From NCBI RefSeq assembly GCF_046105845.1, contig NZ_CP151004.1: a stretch of DNA of 64,000 nt; one strand, written 5' to 3'. This DNA comes from Escherichia coli. GTDB taxonomy: Bacteria > Pseudomonadota > Gammaproteobacteria > Enterobacterales > Enterobacteriaceae. The translations under genes and the position numbers were made by a program. The notes beneath the pieces are model-generated. The model ran no database searches, was not told the origin of the DNA, and saw only the letters and a program-made list of their open reading frames with translations. Position 1 is the first letter of the stretch. Each line of letters begins with the position of its first letter. This document shows, piece by piece, positions 1 through 15,817 of the stretch.

Positions 1-500
1 TGGTTTACACCACCGGATGCGGTGTTCACGCCTTTACTTACGATCCTTCGCTCGGCGTTTTCTGCCTGTGCCAGGAACGGATGCGCTTCCCGGAGAAAGG
101 CAAAACCTACTCCATCAACGAAGGAAACTACATTAAGTTTCCGAACGGGGTGAAGAAATACATTAAATTCTGCCAGGAAGAAGATAAGTCCACCAATCGC
201 CCGTATACCTCGCGTTATATCGGCTCACTGGTTGCGGATTTCCACCGTAACCTGCTGAAAGGTGGGATTTATCTCTACCCAAGCACCGCCAGCCACCCGG
301 ACGGTAAACTGCGTTTACTGTATGAGTGCAACCCGATGGCATTCCTGGCGGAACAAGCGGGCGGTAAAGCGAGCGATGGCAAAGAGCGTATTCTGGATAT
401 CATCCCGGAAACCCTGCACCAGCGCCGTTCGTTCTTTGTCGGCAACGACCATATGGTTGAAGATGTCGAACGCTTTATCCGTGAGTTCCCGGACGCGTAA
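1..500 (+). CDS. fbp: fructose-1,6-bisphosphatase class 1, C-terminal part (5' end outside window)
   Basis: Track ORF 81..500 translation (…[21 protein letters not shown]…FIREFPDA) matches FBPase C-terminus; frame stays open to window start. Confidence 0.9.
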
Positions 501-532
501 TCCCCTGCGCCTCTCCACACGGAGAGGCGTTT

Positions 533-1528
533 TTATCGCTGCGCAATGTTGACTCTTGTCACTGGCGAACTCTGACGATTCTCCCACAGCACTGTTAATC
601 CACGCTGTAATGCTATAAAAATAAACAACAAAATGCCGATGGCGATTTTCGTCCACCAGGAACTCAGCGTACCGTCAAAGTTGATATATGTCTGAATCAG
701 TCCCTGAATCGCCACACCAAATAGCGTTCCCAGCACCGTTCCTACCCCACCACTTAACAACGTACCGCCAATCACCACCGACGCGATGGCGTCCAGTTCC
801 ACACCTACGCCCGCCAGCGCATATCCGGCCTGGGTATAAATCGAGAAGACAATCCCCGCCAGCGTTGCCAGTCCGGTGGAAAGCATATAAATGCGAATAG
901 TGGTGCTGCGCGTGGAAATCCCCATCAGGTTCGCCGACGTTGTGTTGCCGCCAATGGCGTACACCTGATTACCAAAACGCGTACGATGCGCGAGGAATAT
1001 GCCGATAACCACCACCGCCAGCATCAGCAGCCCCATCGCACTTAAACGACCGCCGCCAGGGATTTTCCATGCAAGGCTTGAGAGCGTGTCATAAACAGGA
1101 TGATTTATCGGGATCGACTCTTCCGAAACGAGATAGCTGACGCCACGCAAAAAGAACATTCCTGCCAGAGTAATGATAAACGCCGGGATCTTCAGGGCGT
1201 CGATCAAAAGCCCCATAAATGCGCCAAAGGCACAGCCCATCACCAGCACCAGTGGAAACGCCAGCAGCGGCGAGAGGCCGAAATCGCCAATCACTTTTGC
1301 CAGAAACACGCCGGTAAAGGCGATCACCGAACCGACGGAGAGATCGATCCCACCGGAGAGGATCACAAAGGTCATGCCAACAGCGATGATCCCCAGAAAA
1401 GCGTTATCGGTCAGGATATTGCAGATCACTCTTGTGGAAGCAAAACCGGGAAACTGGGTCAGGCAGTAGAAATAACCCAGCACAAAGACGCCGATGGTGA
1501 TCATCAGTGGCAAATTACGTTTTATCAC
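533..1528 (-). CDS. yjfF: ABC transporter permease (galactofuranose-type sugar transporter)
   Basis: 331-aa polytopic membrane ORF; adjacent to ytfT/ytfR/ytfQ in conserved order. Confidence 0.85.
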   Translation of the reverse strand: MIKRNLPLMITIGVFVLGYFYCLTQFPGFASTRVICNILTDNAFLGIIAVGMTFVILSGGIDLSVGSVIAFTGVFLAKVIGDFGLSPLLAFPLVLVMGCAFGAFMGLLIDALKIPAFIITLAGMFFLRGVSYLVSEESIPINHPVYDTLSSLAWKIPGGGRLSAMGLLMLAVVVIGIFLAHRTRFGNQVYAIGGNTTSANLMGISTRSTTIRIYMLSTGLATLAGIVFSIYTQAGYALAGVGVELDAIASVVIGGTLLSGGVGTVLGTLFGVAIQGLIQTYINFDGTLSSWWTKIAIGILLFIFIALQRGLTVLWENRQSSPVTRVNIAQR

Positions 1529-2537
1529 GGCTACGCACTCCTTTAATCAGACTGATAAAGCGTTGCGACTGGACAATCAGCACGCAAAGCACCACCACCG
1601 CTTTCACCACCTGGTTCATCTCCGGCGGAAAGCCCGAAAGCAAAATTCCGGTGTTCATCCCCTGAATAATCAGCGCCCCCACCACCGAAAGCAGTAGGTT
1701 AAAACGTCCGCCCATCAGCGAACCACCGCCAATCACCACCGCGAGAATGGCGTCCAGCTCCAGCCATAATCCGGCGTTGTTGGCATCGGCACCGCGAATA
1801 TCCGCCGCCACGATAATGCCCGCAATCGCCGCACACAGCCCGCTCAACACGTAGGTGAGCATGACGATGATTCGCGTGTTGACTCCGGCATTTTTTGCCG
1901 CCCGAATGTTGATACCAACGGCTTCGATAAACATCCCCAGCGCCGTTTTGCGGGTCAACAGCCAGAACAGGAGAAGCGTCAGCACCGCGATAATGACCGG
2001 CGTTGGCAGGAACAATAGCGATCCGCTGCCAAACCATGAGAGATCCGGCGAGTTAAACGTGACGATCTGTCCGGAGGTGATCAGTTGCGCCACGCCGCGC
2101 CCGGCGACCATCAGGATCAGGGTGGCAACAAACGGCTGAATTTTGAGGATCGCTACCAGTATGCCGTTCCACAATCCCGCCAGGATGCCAGTGCCCAGGG
2201 AGCTTAACAAAACAATCGGCAGGCTGAATCCAGCGACCGTCATCGCAGCCGTTGTGGCTCCGGCGATAGCCATCACCGCCCCCACGGAGAGATCAATCCC
2301 ACCAGTGGCGATCACCAGCGTCATACCAATCGCCAACAGCGCAACGGGGGCGGCGCGATTAAGAATGTCGATAGGGCTACCGAACAAACGCCCATCCTGA
2401 AGCACCACCTGCCAGAAATGCGGGGCTACCAGGCTGTCGACCAGCAGCACCAGCAATAGTGCTACCAGCTGCGGCATTCCTGTTGGCCAGCGAAAGCGCC
2501 TTTTCGGCGGCGTAGTGTCCGGGAGAGATTGAGGCAT
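1515..2537 (-). CDS. ytfT: ABC transporter permease
   Basis: Track ORF 1515..2561; start trimmed to internal Met (MPQSLPDTTPP…) to give about 340 aa; overlaps yjfF start. Confidence 0.8.
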   Translation of the reverse strand: MPQSLPDTTPPKRRFRWPTGMPQLVALLLVLLVDSLVAPHFWQVVLQDGRLFGSPIDILNRAAPVALLAIGMTLVIATGGIDLSVGAVMAIAGATTAAMTVAGFSLPIVLLSSLGTGILAGLWNGILVAILKIQPFVATLILMVAGRGVAQLITSGQIVTFNSPDLSWFGSGSLLFLPTPVIIAVLTLLLFWLLTRKTALGMFIEAVGINIRAAKNAGVNTRIIVMLTYVLSGLCAAIAGIIVAADIRGADANNAGLWLELDAILAVVIGGGSLMGGRFNLLLSVVGALIIQGMNTGILLSGFPPEMNQVVKAVVVLCVLIVQSQRFISLIKGVRSRDKT

Positions 2538-2550
2538 CACACTGTTCTCC

Positions 2551-4053
2551 TTACGCCGCAATGGCGTTCATGATCGCCGGAACGGAAAGCTCTGCCAGCG
2601 GGATCTCCGCTACCTGTTTGCGATCGCGCATGATAATCACCCGGTCGGCATAGCCCACCAGCTCTTCCAGCTCGGAGGAGATCACCAGCAGCGCCAGTCC
2701 ATCGGCGCACAGCGTTTCAATCAGGCGGATGATCTCGGCGTGGGCACCAACATCAATTCCGCGCGTTGGCTCGTCGAGGATCAGAAATTGCGGTCGGGTC
2801 AGTAGCCAACGTGAAAGCAACACTTTTTGCTGATTGCCGCCGGAGAGAAATTCAATCGGTTGTTCGGTTGAAGGTGTGCGAATGCCAAGCTGGCGGATAA
2901 AGCGTTGGGCAATCTCTTGCTGTTCTTTGCGGGAAATCGGTCGTAGCCAGCCGCGCTGGGCCTGGAGAGCGAGGATGATATTTTCCCGCACCGAGGCGGC
3001 GGCGATGATGCCATCGGTTTTCCTGTCTTCCGGGCAGAAGCCGATGCCCAGTACCGAAGCCTGATGTGGCGATCGCAGGGTTTGCGGTTTGCCTTTGATC
3101 AACGCCGTGCCGCTATCAGCTGGTTTGATACCGAAGATCACTTCGGCAGTTTCGGTACGTCCTGATCCCAGCAAGCCTGCCAGACCGACGATCTCGCCGG
3201 GGCGTACTTCGAGATCAAACGGTGCGATCGTTCCTTTTTTGCCGTAATTTTTGAACGCGGCAACGGGTTTGTCGCTCAGCAATGTTCGTCCGGCACGCTG
3301 TAGCGCGTGGGTGTCCAGCTCGCGCCCCAGCATCATTTTTACCAGTTCGATCTGCGGTAGCTCGCGGGTTTCCCGACAGCCTACGAAACTGCCGTTGCGT
3401 AAGACGGTGATCCGATCGCTGACCTGATAGACCTGATCGAGAAAGTGAGTAACGAAGATCAGGCTGACGCCGCGATCGCGCAACTGACGCATCAGGCCAA
3501 ACAGTAACTCTACTTCCTGAGTGTCGAGGCTGGCGGTGGGTTCATCGAGGATCAGCACTTTGGCGGAGAGATCGATGGCCCGGCAAATGGCGACGATTTG
3601 CTGCATCGCGACTGAAAAGCGGTTGAGCGGTTCGCGCACGTCGAGGGAGAAACCGTAAGATGCCATCAGTTCGGTGGCGCGCTTTTCCATCTCTTTACGG
3701 CGTAGAAGGCCGAAACGTTTGGGTTCGCGACCTATGAATAGATTATCAGCGACCGACATATTGGGTAGCAGGTTGACTTCCTGATAGACGGTGCCGATGC
3801 CGAGTTGTTGTGCATGGGCGGTATTTTTCGGTGAAATAGTCTGGCCTTCCAGCCAGATGGTGCCACGATCGGCGTGGTAGACACCGGTTAATGCTTTGAT
3901 TAGCGTTGATTTTCCCGCCCCGTTTTCACCGAGCAGCGCCATGATTTCACCACGGCGCAGGCTGAAATCAACGTTGTCTAACGCTTTGACACCGGGGAAA
4001 AATTTACTTAATCCTTCGGTGCGGAGGATTTCCTGGTGTTGGTTAGTATTCAT
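2551..4053 (-). CDS. ytfR: ABC transporter ATP-binding protein with duplicated ATPase domains
   Basis: Two Walker A motifs (GENGAGKS, GLLGSGRT) and LSGG signature; start trimmed to MNTNQHQEILRTEGL giving 500 aa. Confidence 0.88.
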   Translation of the reverse strand: MNTNQHQEILRTEGLSKFFPGVKALDNVDFSLRRGEIMALLGENGAGKSTLIKALTGVYHADRGTIWLEGQTISPKNTAHAQQLGIGTVYQEVNLLPNMSVADNLFIGREPKRFGLLRRKEMEKRATELMASYGFSLDVREPLNRFSVAMQQIVAICRAIDLSAKVLILDEPTASLDTQEVELLFGLMRQLRDRGVSLIFVTHFLDQVYQVSDRITVLRNGSFVGCRETRELPQIELVKMMLGRELDTHALQRAGRTLLSDKPVAAFKNYGKKGTIAPFDLEVRPGEIVGLAGLLGSGRTETAEVIFGIKPADSGTALIKGKPQTLRSPHQASVLGIGFCPEDRKTDGIIAAASVRENIILALQAQRGWLRPISRKEQQEIAQRFIRQLGIRTPSTEQPIEFLSGGNQQKVLLSRWLLTRPQFLILDEPTRGIDVGAHAEIIRLIETLCADGLALLVISSELEELVGYADRVIIMRDRKQVAEIPLAELSVPAIMNAIAA

Positions 4054-4095
4054 AGTTTCCCCCGTTGTAAAGCGTGCGCCAGATAAGACACAACA

Positions 4096-4183
4096 GCGTC
4101 GCATCAGGCATCTCGCACAACCGCCGGATGCGGCGTGAATGCCTTATCCGGCGGCCCACAAGTCGGCATCAGGCATTGATGCC
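4096..4183. repeat. REP/BIME-like palindromic units in ytfR-ytfQ intergenic region
   Basis: GCCGGATGCGGCGTGAATGCCTTATCCGGC-type imperfect palindromes typical of enterobacterial REP. Confidence 0.75.
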
Positions 4184-4185
4184 CC

Positions 4186-5142
4186 TCAATACCCCATGTT
4201 TTTCTTCTTCTCTAACTCTTCTTTTGCGGTATCAGGCAGGTAAAGGGTGGACTTGGTCAGGGTCAGCTTTTCAGGCATGGTGCCGTCTTTTTTATATTTC
4301 TCCAGCGCATCAAAAGCGGGGCCTGCCATGTTCGGCGTCAGTTCAACGCTGGCGTTCGCTTCGCCATCAATCATCGCTTTGTAGATGTCCGGCACGCCGT
4401 CGATAGAGCCTGTCAGGATATCTTTGCCCGGTTTCAGGCCCGCTTCTTTAATTGCCTGAATTGCACCAATCACCATGTCATCGTTATGGGCGTAAACCAT
4501 GCAGATGTTTTTGCCGTTGTTTTCCGCTTTGATAAAGCTCTCCATGACTTCTTTGCCTTTACTGCGGGTGAAGTCACCTGACTGCGAGCGGATAATTTTG
4601 ATATTTGGCGCATTCTTTATGGCTTCGGCAAAGCCTTTCTTACGGTCAATGGCGACGCTGGCCCCAACAGTGCCCTGCAGCTCCACCACGTTGCATGGTT
4701 TGCCATTCACTTCTTTTACCAGCCAGTCACCAATCAACTTGCCTTCGAGGATGTTGTCGGCAGTGACGGTGGTCATATAGAGAGACTTGTCTTTCACATC
4801 GATGGAACGATCGAGCAAGAAGACCGGGATTTCGGCATCTTTCGCCTCTTTTAATACCGGCTCCCAACCGGTCGCTACCACTGGAGCGATAAAGATCGCA
4901 TCCACCCCTTGTGCAACGAAGGAACGTACCGCTTTAATCTGGTTTTCCTGCTTTTGTTGACCATCGGCGATTTTCAGTGTGATACCGCGTTTTTCGGCTT
5001 CACTTTTCGCCACGTTGGTTTCAGCGGCACGCCAGCCGGATTCCGATCCGACCTGCGAAAATCCAACGGTTAATGGAGCGGCCAACGCCATAGACGACAT
5101 GGCTGCCGAGACTGCAGAGACTACAAGTAAGCGTTTCCACAT
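4186..5142 (-). CDS. ytfQ: periplasmic sugar-binding protein of ABC transporter
   Basis: 318-aa ORF with signal peptide (MWKRLLVVSAVSAAMSSMALA) and periplasmic binding-protein fold signature; operon context. Confidence 0.88.
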   Translation of the reverse strand: MWKRLLVVSAVSAAMSSMALAAPLTVGFSQVGSESGWRAAETNVAKSEAEKRGITLKIADGQQKQENQIKAVRSFVAQGVDAIFIAPVVATGWEPVLKEAKDAEIPVFLLDRSIDVKDKSLYMTTVTADNILEGKLIGDWLVKEVNGKPCNVVELQGTVGASVAIDRKKGFAEAIKNAPNIKIIRSQSGDFTRSKGKEVMESFIKAENNGKNICMVYAHNDDMVIGAIQAIKEAGLKPGKDILTGSIDGVPDIYKAMIDGEANASVELTPNMAGPAFDALEKYKKDGTMPEKLTLTKSTLYLPDTAKEELEKKKNMGY

Positions 5143-5384
5143 AGGGTTGTCCTCGTCGGGGTAATTATTATTGGTGAAAAGATGTTCGCGAAAAAACTAT
5201 AGACAATTCGTTATGTAACGGATTGCGTTACATCACACTTCAAAAAAGTAAATAAAACGTTAATCACAAGTTTGTAATCGCTTTCATCTCACTATGAAAA
5301 ATGCGGCTACGGTTATGGATTTTCCTGCTCTTTAAACCACCTTAAAACTGGCTAAAAAGGAAAATGAAGAAGAAAACAAGCGAA

Positions 5385-5410
5385 GACATTCGGCGCGAGT
5401 TGGCTATAAT
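5385..5410 (+). promoter_or_regulatory. putative sigma70 promoter for ppa (-10 TATAAT, weak -35 GACATT)
   Basis: TATAAT hexamer at about 5405..5410, 41 bp upstream of ppa ATG; -35-like hexamer with 14-bp spacer. Confidence 0.35.
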
Positions 5411-5451
5411 ACTCGGCACTTGTTTGCCACATATTTTTAAAGGAAACAGAC

Positions 5452-5982
5452 ATGAGCTTACTCAACGTCCCTGCGGGTAAAGATCTGCCGGAAGACATCT
5501 ACGTTGTTATTGAGATCCCGGCTAACGCAGATCCGATCAAATACGAAATCGACAAAGAGAGCGGCGCACTGTTCGTTGACCGCTTCATGTCCACCGCGAT
5601 GTTCTATCCGTGCAACTACGGTTACATCAACCACACCCTGTCTCTGGACGGTGACCCGGTTGACGTACTGGTCCCGACTCCGTACCCGCTGCAGCCGGGT
5701 TCTGTGATCCGTTGCCGTCCGGTTGGCGTTCTGAAAATGACCGACGAAGCCGGTGAAGATGCGAAACTGGTTGCGGTTCCGCACAGCAAGCTGAGCAAAG
5801 AATACGATCACATTAAAGACGTTAACGATCTGCCTGAACTGCTGAAAGCACAGATCGCTCACTTCTTCGAGCACTACAAAGACCTCGAAAAAGGCAAGTG
5901 GGTGAAAGTTGAAGGCTGGGAAAACGCAGAAGCCGCTAAAGCTGAAATCGTTGCCTCCTTCGAGCGCGCAAAGAATAAATAA
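5452..5982 (+). CDS. ppa: inorganic pyrophosphatase
   Basis: 176-aa ORF; sequence recognisable as E. coli PPase (…[29 protein letters not shown]…). Confidence 0.95.
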   Translation: MSLLNVPAGKDLPEDIYVVIEIPANADPIKYEIDKESGALFVDRFMSTAMFYPCNYGYINHTLSLDGDPVDVLVPTPYPLQPGSVIRCRPVGVLKMTDEAGEDAKLVAVPHSKLSKEYDHIKDVNDLPELLKAQIAHFFEHYKDLEKGKWVKVEGWENAEAAKAEIVASFERAKNK

Positions 5983-6000
5983 GTTCTTCTAGCGCAATAA

Positions 6001-6036
6001 CCCTGAACGCCGGGCTTCGGTTAGTAAGGGTTTTTT
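6001..6036 (+). terminator. putative rho-independent terminator downstream of ppa
   Basis: GC-rich stem region CCCTGAACGCCGGGCTTCGG…AAGGG followed by TTTTTT. Confidence 0.5.
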
Positions 6037-6060
6037 ATGCCCGCGATAAATAAACACGCC

Positions 6061-6411
6061 TTATTCCACCACCGCCTGCAAACGTAATAACGCCTCTTCC
6101 ACCACTTCACCCGCAGCCAGACCAATACGCTTTGCCAGCCGGGCGCGTAGATCCATCATCCGCACCTGATTCACCAGCACCACGCCGTGCACATCGCCTT
6201 CTTCGCAATGTAAAGGAACGCTGAATCCTGCATAACGGGCAAAATTTCCGCCCTGCGTAATGGGGGCCACCAGCGTCATTCCCAGTTGATTAAAGGCTTG
6301 AACGGAGAGCACAAGCGCAGGTCGACCAGCACCTTGCTGTTCATGGCCGCTTGCTGGATCAAAGCCAACCAGCACAATGTCTCCCCGTTCAAATTCACTT
6401 TTCTTTACCAT
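6061..6411 (-). CDS. chpB: MazF/PemK-family endoribonuclease toxin ChpBK
   Basis: 116-aa ORF (MVKKSEFERGDIVLVGFDPASGHEQ…); start overlaps stop of upstream antitoxin gene. Confidence 0.9.
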   Translation of the reverse strand: MVKKSEFERGDIVLVGFDPASGHEQQGAGRPALVLSVQAFNQLGMTLVAPITQGGNFARYAGFSVPLHCEEGDVHGVVLVNQVRMMDLRARLAKRIGLAAGEVVEEALLRLQAVVE

Positions 6412-6656
6412 ATTTCGTCACCCGCAGGGGTGGATTTACCCCAGACATCCTGCTCGCTAAGTTCCGTGGCGTTCATGTCACACTGTGCCAGCAGTTCATC
6501 AAGCGAGTAGCGCCTGGAGATGGGTGTCAGAATCAGTTGATTGTTGCTCACTTGCGCCTCCACGCTCTGCCCCGGCCGTAAGTTAAGTTCTTTCATCACA
6601 ACATTAGGAATGACCATACCTGAACTATTCCCCCATCTTTTTATGGTAATACGCAT
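6405..6656 (-). CDS. chpS: MazE/AbrB-type antitoxin ChpBI
   Basis: 83-aa product from internal Met (MRITIKRWGNSSGMVIPN…); SD AAGGAGG upstream; classic antitoxin-toxin gene pair. Confidence 0.88.
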   Translation of the reverse strand: MRITIKRWGNSSGMVIPNVVMKELNLRPGQSVEAQVSNNQLILTPISRRYSLDELLAQCDMNATELSEQDVWGKSTPAGDEIW

Positions 6657-6669
6657 CTGCACCTCCTTA

Positions 6670-6688
6670 AGTTATACAAAGTATAACT
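6670..6688. promoter_or_regulatory. 8-3-8 inverted repeat AGTTATACaaaGTATAACT immediately upstream of chpS; candidate autoregulatory operator
   Basis: Perfect palindrome a few bp upstream of the chpS SD; TA operons are typically autorepressed at such sites. Confidence 0.5.
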
Positions 6689-6815
6689 CACGGTGCTACA
6701 GGAAACGTTTTACCCCTGCGCATTTGTGAACGCCAGCAGAGTTTTTTATGCGTTAACAGATATGGAAAGCGGCTCGGAGAGAAAAGCAAAAGGTGAGGGA
6801 ATTACAAAACAGAAT

Positions 6816-6856
6816 GCGAGTCGTCTCGCAAAAAACAACGCCACCCGAAGGTGGCG
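6816..6856 (-). terminator. rho-independent terminator downstream of ytfP (tandem hairpins)
   Basis: On minus strand GCCACCttcgGGTGGC followed by GTTGTTTTTTG, then GCGAGacgaCTCGC. Confidence 0.75.
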
Positions 6857-6861
6857 TATGG

Positions 6862-7203
6862 TTACTTATCCCTGTCTAACCAGTCGCCGCTTTCAATTAG
6901 CTTTAATCCATCGACGGGTCGTTGATAAACGTACATCCATGCACTCCCGTACGGCGTCTGAATCAACTGGCGCGCGTATTCACCGCCCCTGGTGCGCAAG
7001 GCATCAAGTTCGGCCAGCGTGGCGTTGTCAATACGATAAACTTCACCGTGTACTGTTCCGTTCCCCGGAACTGCGCCTGGATAGTGGCCCAGGCTATACA
7101 ACTGGTAGTTATCGATACTGAAATCGCCCAGTAACTGGGCATTGGTCATCCAGTGACTGTTGCCTTGTTTGTGGCGTAAACTGCCGTAGACAAATATTCG
7201 CAT
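6862..7203 (-). CDS. ytfP: gamma-glutamylcyclotransferase-like (AIG2-like) protein
   Basis: 113-aa ORF (MRIFVYGSLRHKQGNSHWM…) with YGSL motif; directly downstream of tamB. Confidence 0.85.
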   Translation of the reverse strand: MRIFVYGSLRHKQGNSHWMTNAQLLGDFSIDNYQLYSLGHYPGAVPGNGTVHGEVYRIDNATLAELDALRTRGGEYARQLIQTPYGSAWMYVYQRPVDGLKLIESGDWLDRDK

Positions 7204-7205
7204 TG

Positions 7206-12757
<5,552 letters not shown>

Positions 12758-12920
12758 TTAAACGGCTTAACAAAAATCCAGTAATATGGATTAAAAAGCA
12801 GACTAAACCCCAAATATTTCTTATGTTTTACTTTAGACCTATTCACAGCGGTTATTGTGTGCAAATACGCCTCTTGTTACAACCTTAACCCCAATGACCG
12901 ATTTTCGGGAGAGCGACACC

Positions 12921-13559
12921 ATGAGTTTATTTGATAAAAAGCATCTGGTTTCCCCCGCCGATGCCCTGCCTGGACGTAACACCCCGATGCCCGTAGCCAC
13001 GCTGCATGCGGTCAACGGTCACTCAATGACCAATGTACCTGACGGAATGGAGATTGCCATTTTTGCGATGGGTTGTTTCTGGGGTGTGGAGCGTCTGTTC
13101 TGGCAGTTACCCGGCGTTTACAGCACCGCCGCAGGCTATACCGGCGGCTATACGCCAAATCCGACTTATCGGGAAGTGTGTTCCGGTGATACTGGTCATG
13201 CCGAAGCGGTACGCATTGTTTACGATCCTTCCGTCATCAGCTATGAGCAGTTGCTACAGGTATTTTGGGAGAATCACGATCCCGCCCAGGGAATGCGTCA
13301 GGGCAATGACCACGGCACGCAGTATCGTTCAGCGATTTATCCACTGACCCCAGAACAGGATGCTGCTGCTCGCGCCAGTCTGGAACGTTTTCAGGCGGCG
13401 ATGCTTGCCGCCGATGACGATCGTCACATCACCACGGAAATCGCGAACGCCACACCGTTTTATTATGCCGAAGATGACCACCAGCAATATCTGCATAAAA
13501 ACCCGTATGGTTACTGTGGAATTGGCGGAATTGGCGTCTGTCTGCCGCCGGAAGCATAG
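12921..13559 (+). CDS. msrA: peptide methionine sulfoxide reductase A
   Basis: Start trimmed to [12 protein letters not shown]… (212 aa); GCFWG active-site motif present. Confidence 0.93.
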
Positions 13560-13605
13560 CGTTACGGGTACAAATGTAGATTGTTGATAAAGTGCTATTT
13601 GTCTA

Positions 13606-13706
13606 TGCCGGATGCGGCATAAACGCCTTGCCAGGCCTACAAAACCCTCCAAATTCAATATATTGCAGGGACTTCGTAGGCCTGATCGGCATAGCGCATC
13701 AGGCAG
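13606..13706. repeat. REP/BIME-like palindromic units in msrA-ytfL intergenic region
   Basis: GCCGGATGCGGCATAAACGCCTTGCCAGGCCTAC… and TAGGCCTGATCGGCATAGCGCATCAGGC imperfect palindromes. Confidence 0.75.
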
Positions 13707-13881
13707 TTTTTCATTTATCAACAGTCTGAATTTTAACCCTCTGGCGGCTTTACAGTACCTTACGCTATACTAGCCACTGAAAATGCCGGTTCACTTTCTT
13801 CGAATCGGCTTTCAATGTGTATTTCACACAAATTAATCAACTTCCCCTTCCGAGGATCTGGCCTGAAAGGTCGGATAAGAT

Positions 13882-15225
13882 ATGTTAAACAGTATTTTAG
13901 TCATACTCTGTTTGATCGCTGTAAGTGCGTTCTTCTCGATGTCCGAGATCTCGCTTGCCGCCTCACGCAAAATCAAACTTAAACTGCTGGCTGATGAAGG
14001 CAATATAAATGCCCAACGCGTTCTGAATATGCAGGAAAATCCCGGCATGTTCTTTACCGTGGTCCAAATCGGTCTGAACGCAGTGGCGATTCTCGGCGGT
14101 ATCGTCGGTGATGCGGCATTTTCTCCAGCTTTTCACAGCCTGTTCTCCCGCTATATGTCGGCAGAACTCTCTGAGCAACTGAGCTTTATTCTCTCTTTCT
14201 CGTTAGTGACTGGCATGTTTATCCTGTTTGCGGATTTAACCCCGAAACGCATCGGTATGATTGCGCCAGAAGCGGTGGCTTTGCGTATCATCAACCCGAT
14301 GCGCTTCTGCCTGTACGTTTGCACCCCGCTGGTGTGGTTCTTCAACGGACTGGCGAACATAATCTTCCGTATTTTCAAACTGCCAATGGTACGTAAAGAT
14401 GACATCACTTCTGATGACATCTACGCGGTAGTGGAAGCCGGTGCGCTGGCGGGCGTGTTACGTAAACAGGAACACGAGCTGATTGAAAACGTCTTTGAAC
14501 TAGAATCCCGTACCGTTCCGTCTTCAATGACACCGCGTGAAAACGTGATTTGGTTTGATCTCCACGAAGATGAGCAAAGTCTGAAGAATAAGGTGGCGGA
14601 ACATCCGCACTCTAAGTTCCTCGTCTGTAATGAAGATATTGACCACATCATCGGCTATGTCGATTCTAAAGACCTGCTGAACCGCGTGCTGGCTAACCAA
14701 AGCCTGGCACTGAACAGCGGCGTACAAATTCGCAACACGCTGATTGTGCCGGATACGTTAACCCTTTCAGAGGCGTTGGAAAGTTTTAAAACCGCAGGTG
14801 AAGACTTCGCGGTGATCATGAACGAGTACGCGCTGGTAGTGGGGATCATCACCCTCAACGACGTGATGACCACGCTGATGGGCGATCTGGTCGGTCAGGG
14901 GCTGGAAGAGCAGATTGTCGCCCGTGATGAGAACTCATGGCTGATTGACGGCGGCACTCCGATTGACGACGTCATGCGCGTGCTGGATATTGACGAGTTC
15001 CCGCAGTCGGGCAACTACGAAACCATCGGCGGCTTTATGATGTTTATGCTGCGTAAGATCCCGAAACGCACCGATTCGGTGAAATTCGCCGGCTACAAAT
15101 TTGAAGTGGTGGATATCGATAACTACCGCATCGACCAGCTGCTGGTGACCCGAATCGACAGCAAGGCCACCGCCCTTTCGCCAAAACTGCCTGACGCTAA
15201 AGATAAAGAAGAAAGCGTCGCGTAA
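13882..15225 (+). CDS. ytfL: CNNM/TlyC-family inner membrane protein with CBS pair and CorC_HlyC domain
   Basis: 447-aa ORF with N-terminal TM segments; recognisable as E. coli YtfL/PaeA. Confidence 0.88.
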   Translation: MLNSILVILCLIAVSAFFSMSEISLAASRKIKLKLLADEGNINAQRVLNMQENPGMFFTVVQIGLNAVAILGGIVGDAAFSPAFHSLFSRYMSAELSEQLSFILSFSLVTGMFILFADLTPKRIGMIAPEAVALRIINPMRFCLYVCTPLVWFFNGLANIIFRIFKLPMVRKDDITSDDIYAVVEAGALAGVLRKQEHELIENVFELESRTVPSSMTPRENVIWFDLHEDEQSLKNKVAEHPHSKFLVCNEDIDHIIGYVDSKDLLNRVLANQSLALNSGVQIRNTLIVPDTLTLSEALESFKTAGEDFAVIMNEYALVVGIITLNDVMTTLMGDLVGQGLEEQIVARDENSWLIDGGTPIDDVMRVLDIDEFPQSGNYETIGGFMMFMLRKIPKRTDSVKFAGYKFEVVDIDNYRIDQLLVTRIDSKATALSPKLPDAKDKEESVA

Positions 15226-15241
15226 CCCCCAGAAACATCAA

Positions 15242-15270
15242 CGGCTCCTGAATCAGGAGCCGTCTTATTA
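15242..15270 (+). terminator. putative terminator between convergent ytfL and ytfK
   Basis: GGCTCCTGAatcAGGAGCC hairpin followed by GTCTTATTA. Confidence 0.55.
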
Positions 15271-15286
15271 CTGCATAGCACTTTGG

Positions 15287-15493
15287 TTAAGCCATCTCTG
15301 TTTGCAGACGCATAACCTGACGGTTAACTTCGGACATCACTGACAAATGCAGCTTATCCTTCACTTTTGGGATAAGAATCTTACCCTTATCAAATTCAAA
15401 AGCGCCAACGTCCTTGATGTATAACCGTCCACGGAACAGGATCTTTACGTACTTCGCCACCTGAAGTGGGTTGTACCGTTGGAAAATTTTCAT
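15287..15493 (-). CDS. ytfK: small DUF1107-type protein YtfK
   Basis: Track ORF trimmed to [38 protein letters not shown]… (68 aa). Confidence 0.8.
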
Positions 15494-15817
15494 TGTTATC
15501 TCCTGCTGAGTATTACGCCTGTGCGGTGCCACAATCGGCCCAACTATTATGAGGCGCAAATTTTAATGCCTAGTGACTATAGACTATCCGGGCAATGTTT
15601 CCACCGCGTATAACTTTTTTTACCTAAAGGTTACAATTATTCAGAATTATCTTTTTACCGAAGCGCGGTCTTCAGTATAAGCATTCATTTTTCATATGAT
15701 TTGTGCGCTTGACCGCAAACTGGCATCACACTTGCGGGAAATTCGATAAATAGCACATATGATTAAAACTCAGACCCAAGTGGTCGGATCACCTGCATAT
15801 CATAAGAAGGAAACACC

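Noticed and set aside
12855-13559. N-terminally extended versions of msrA, and likewise of fklB, ytfH, ulaD, ulaA, bsmA, yjfL, rnr, queG and others
   Set aside because: The longest track ORFs begin at upstream in-frame Met or alternative codons; internal starts give the known protein lengths and N-termini (signal peptides, conserved first residues).
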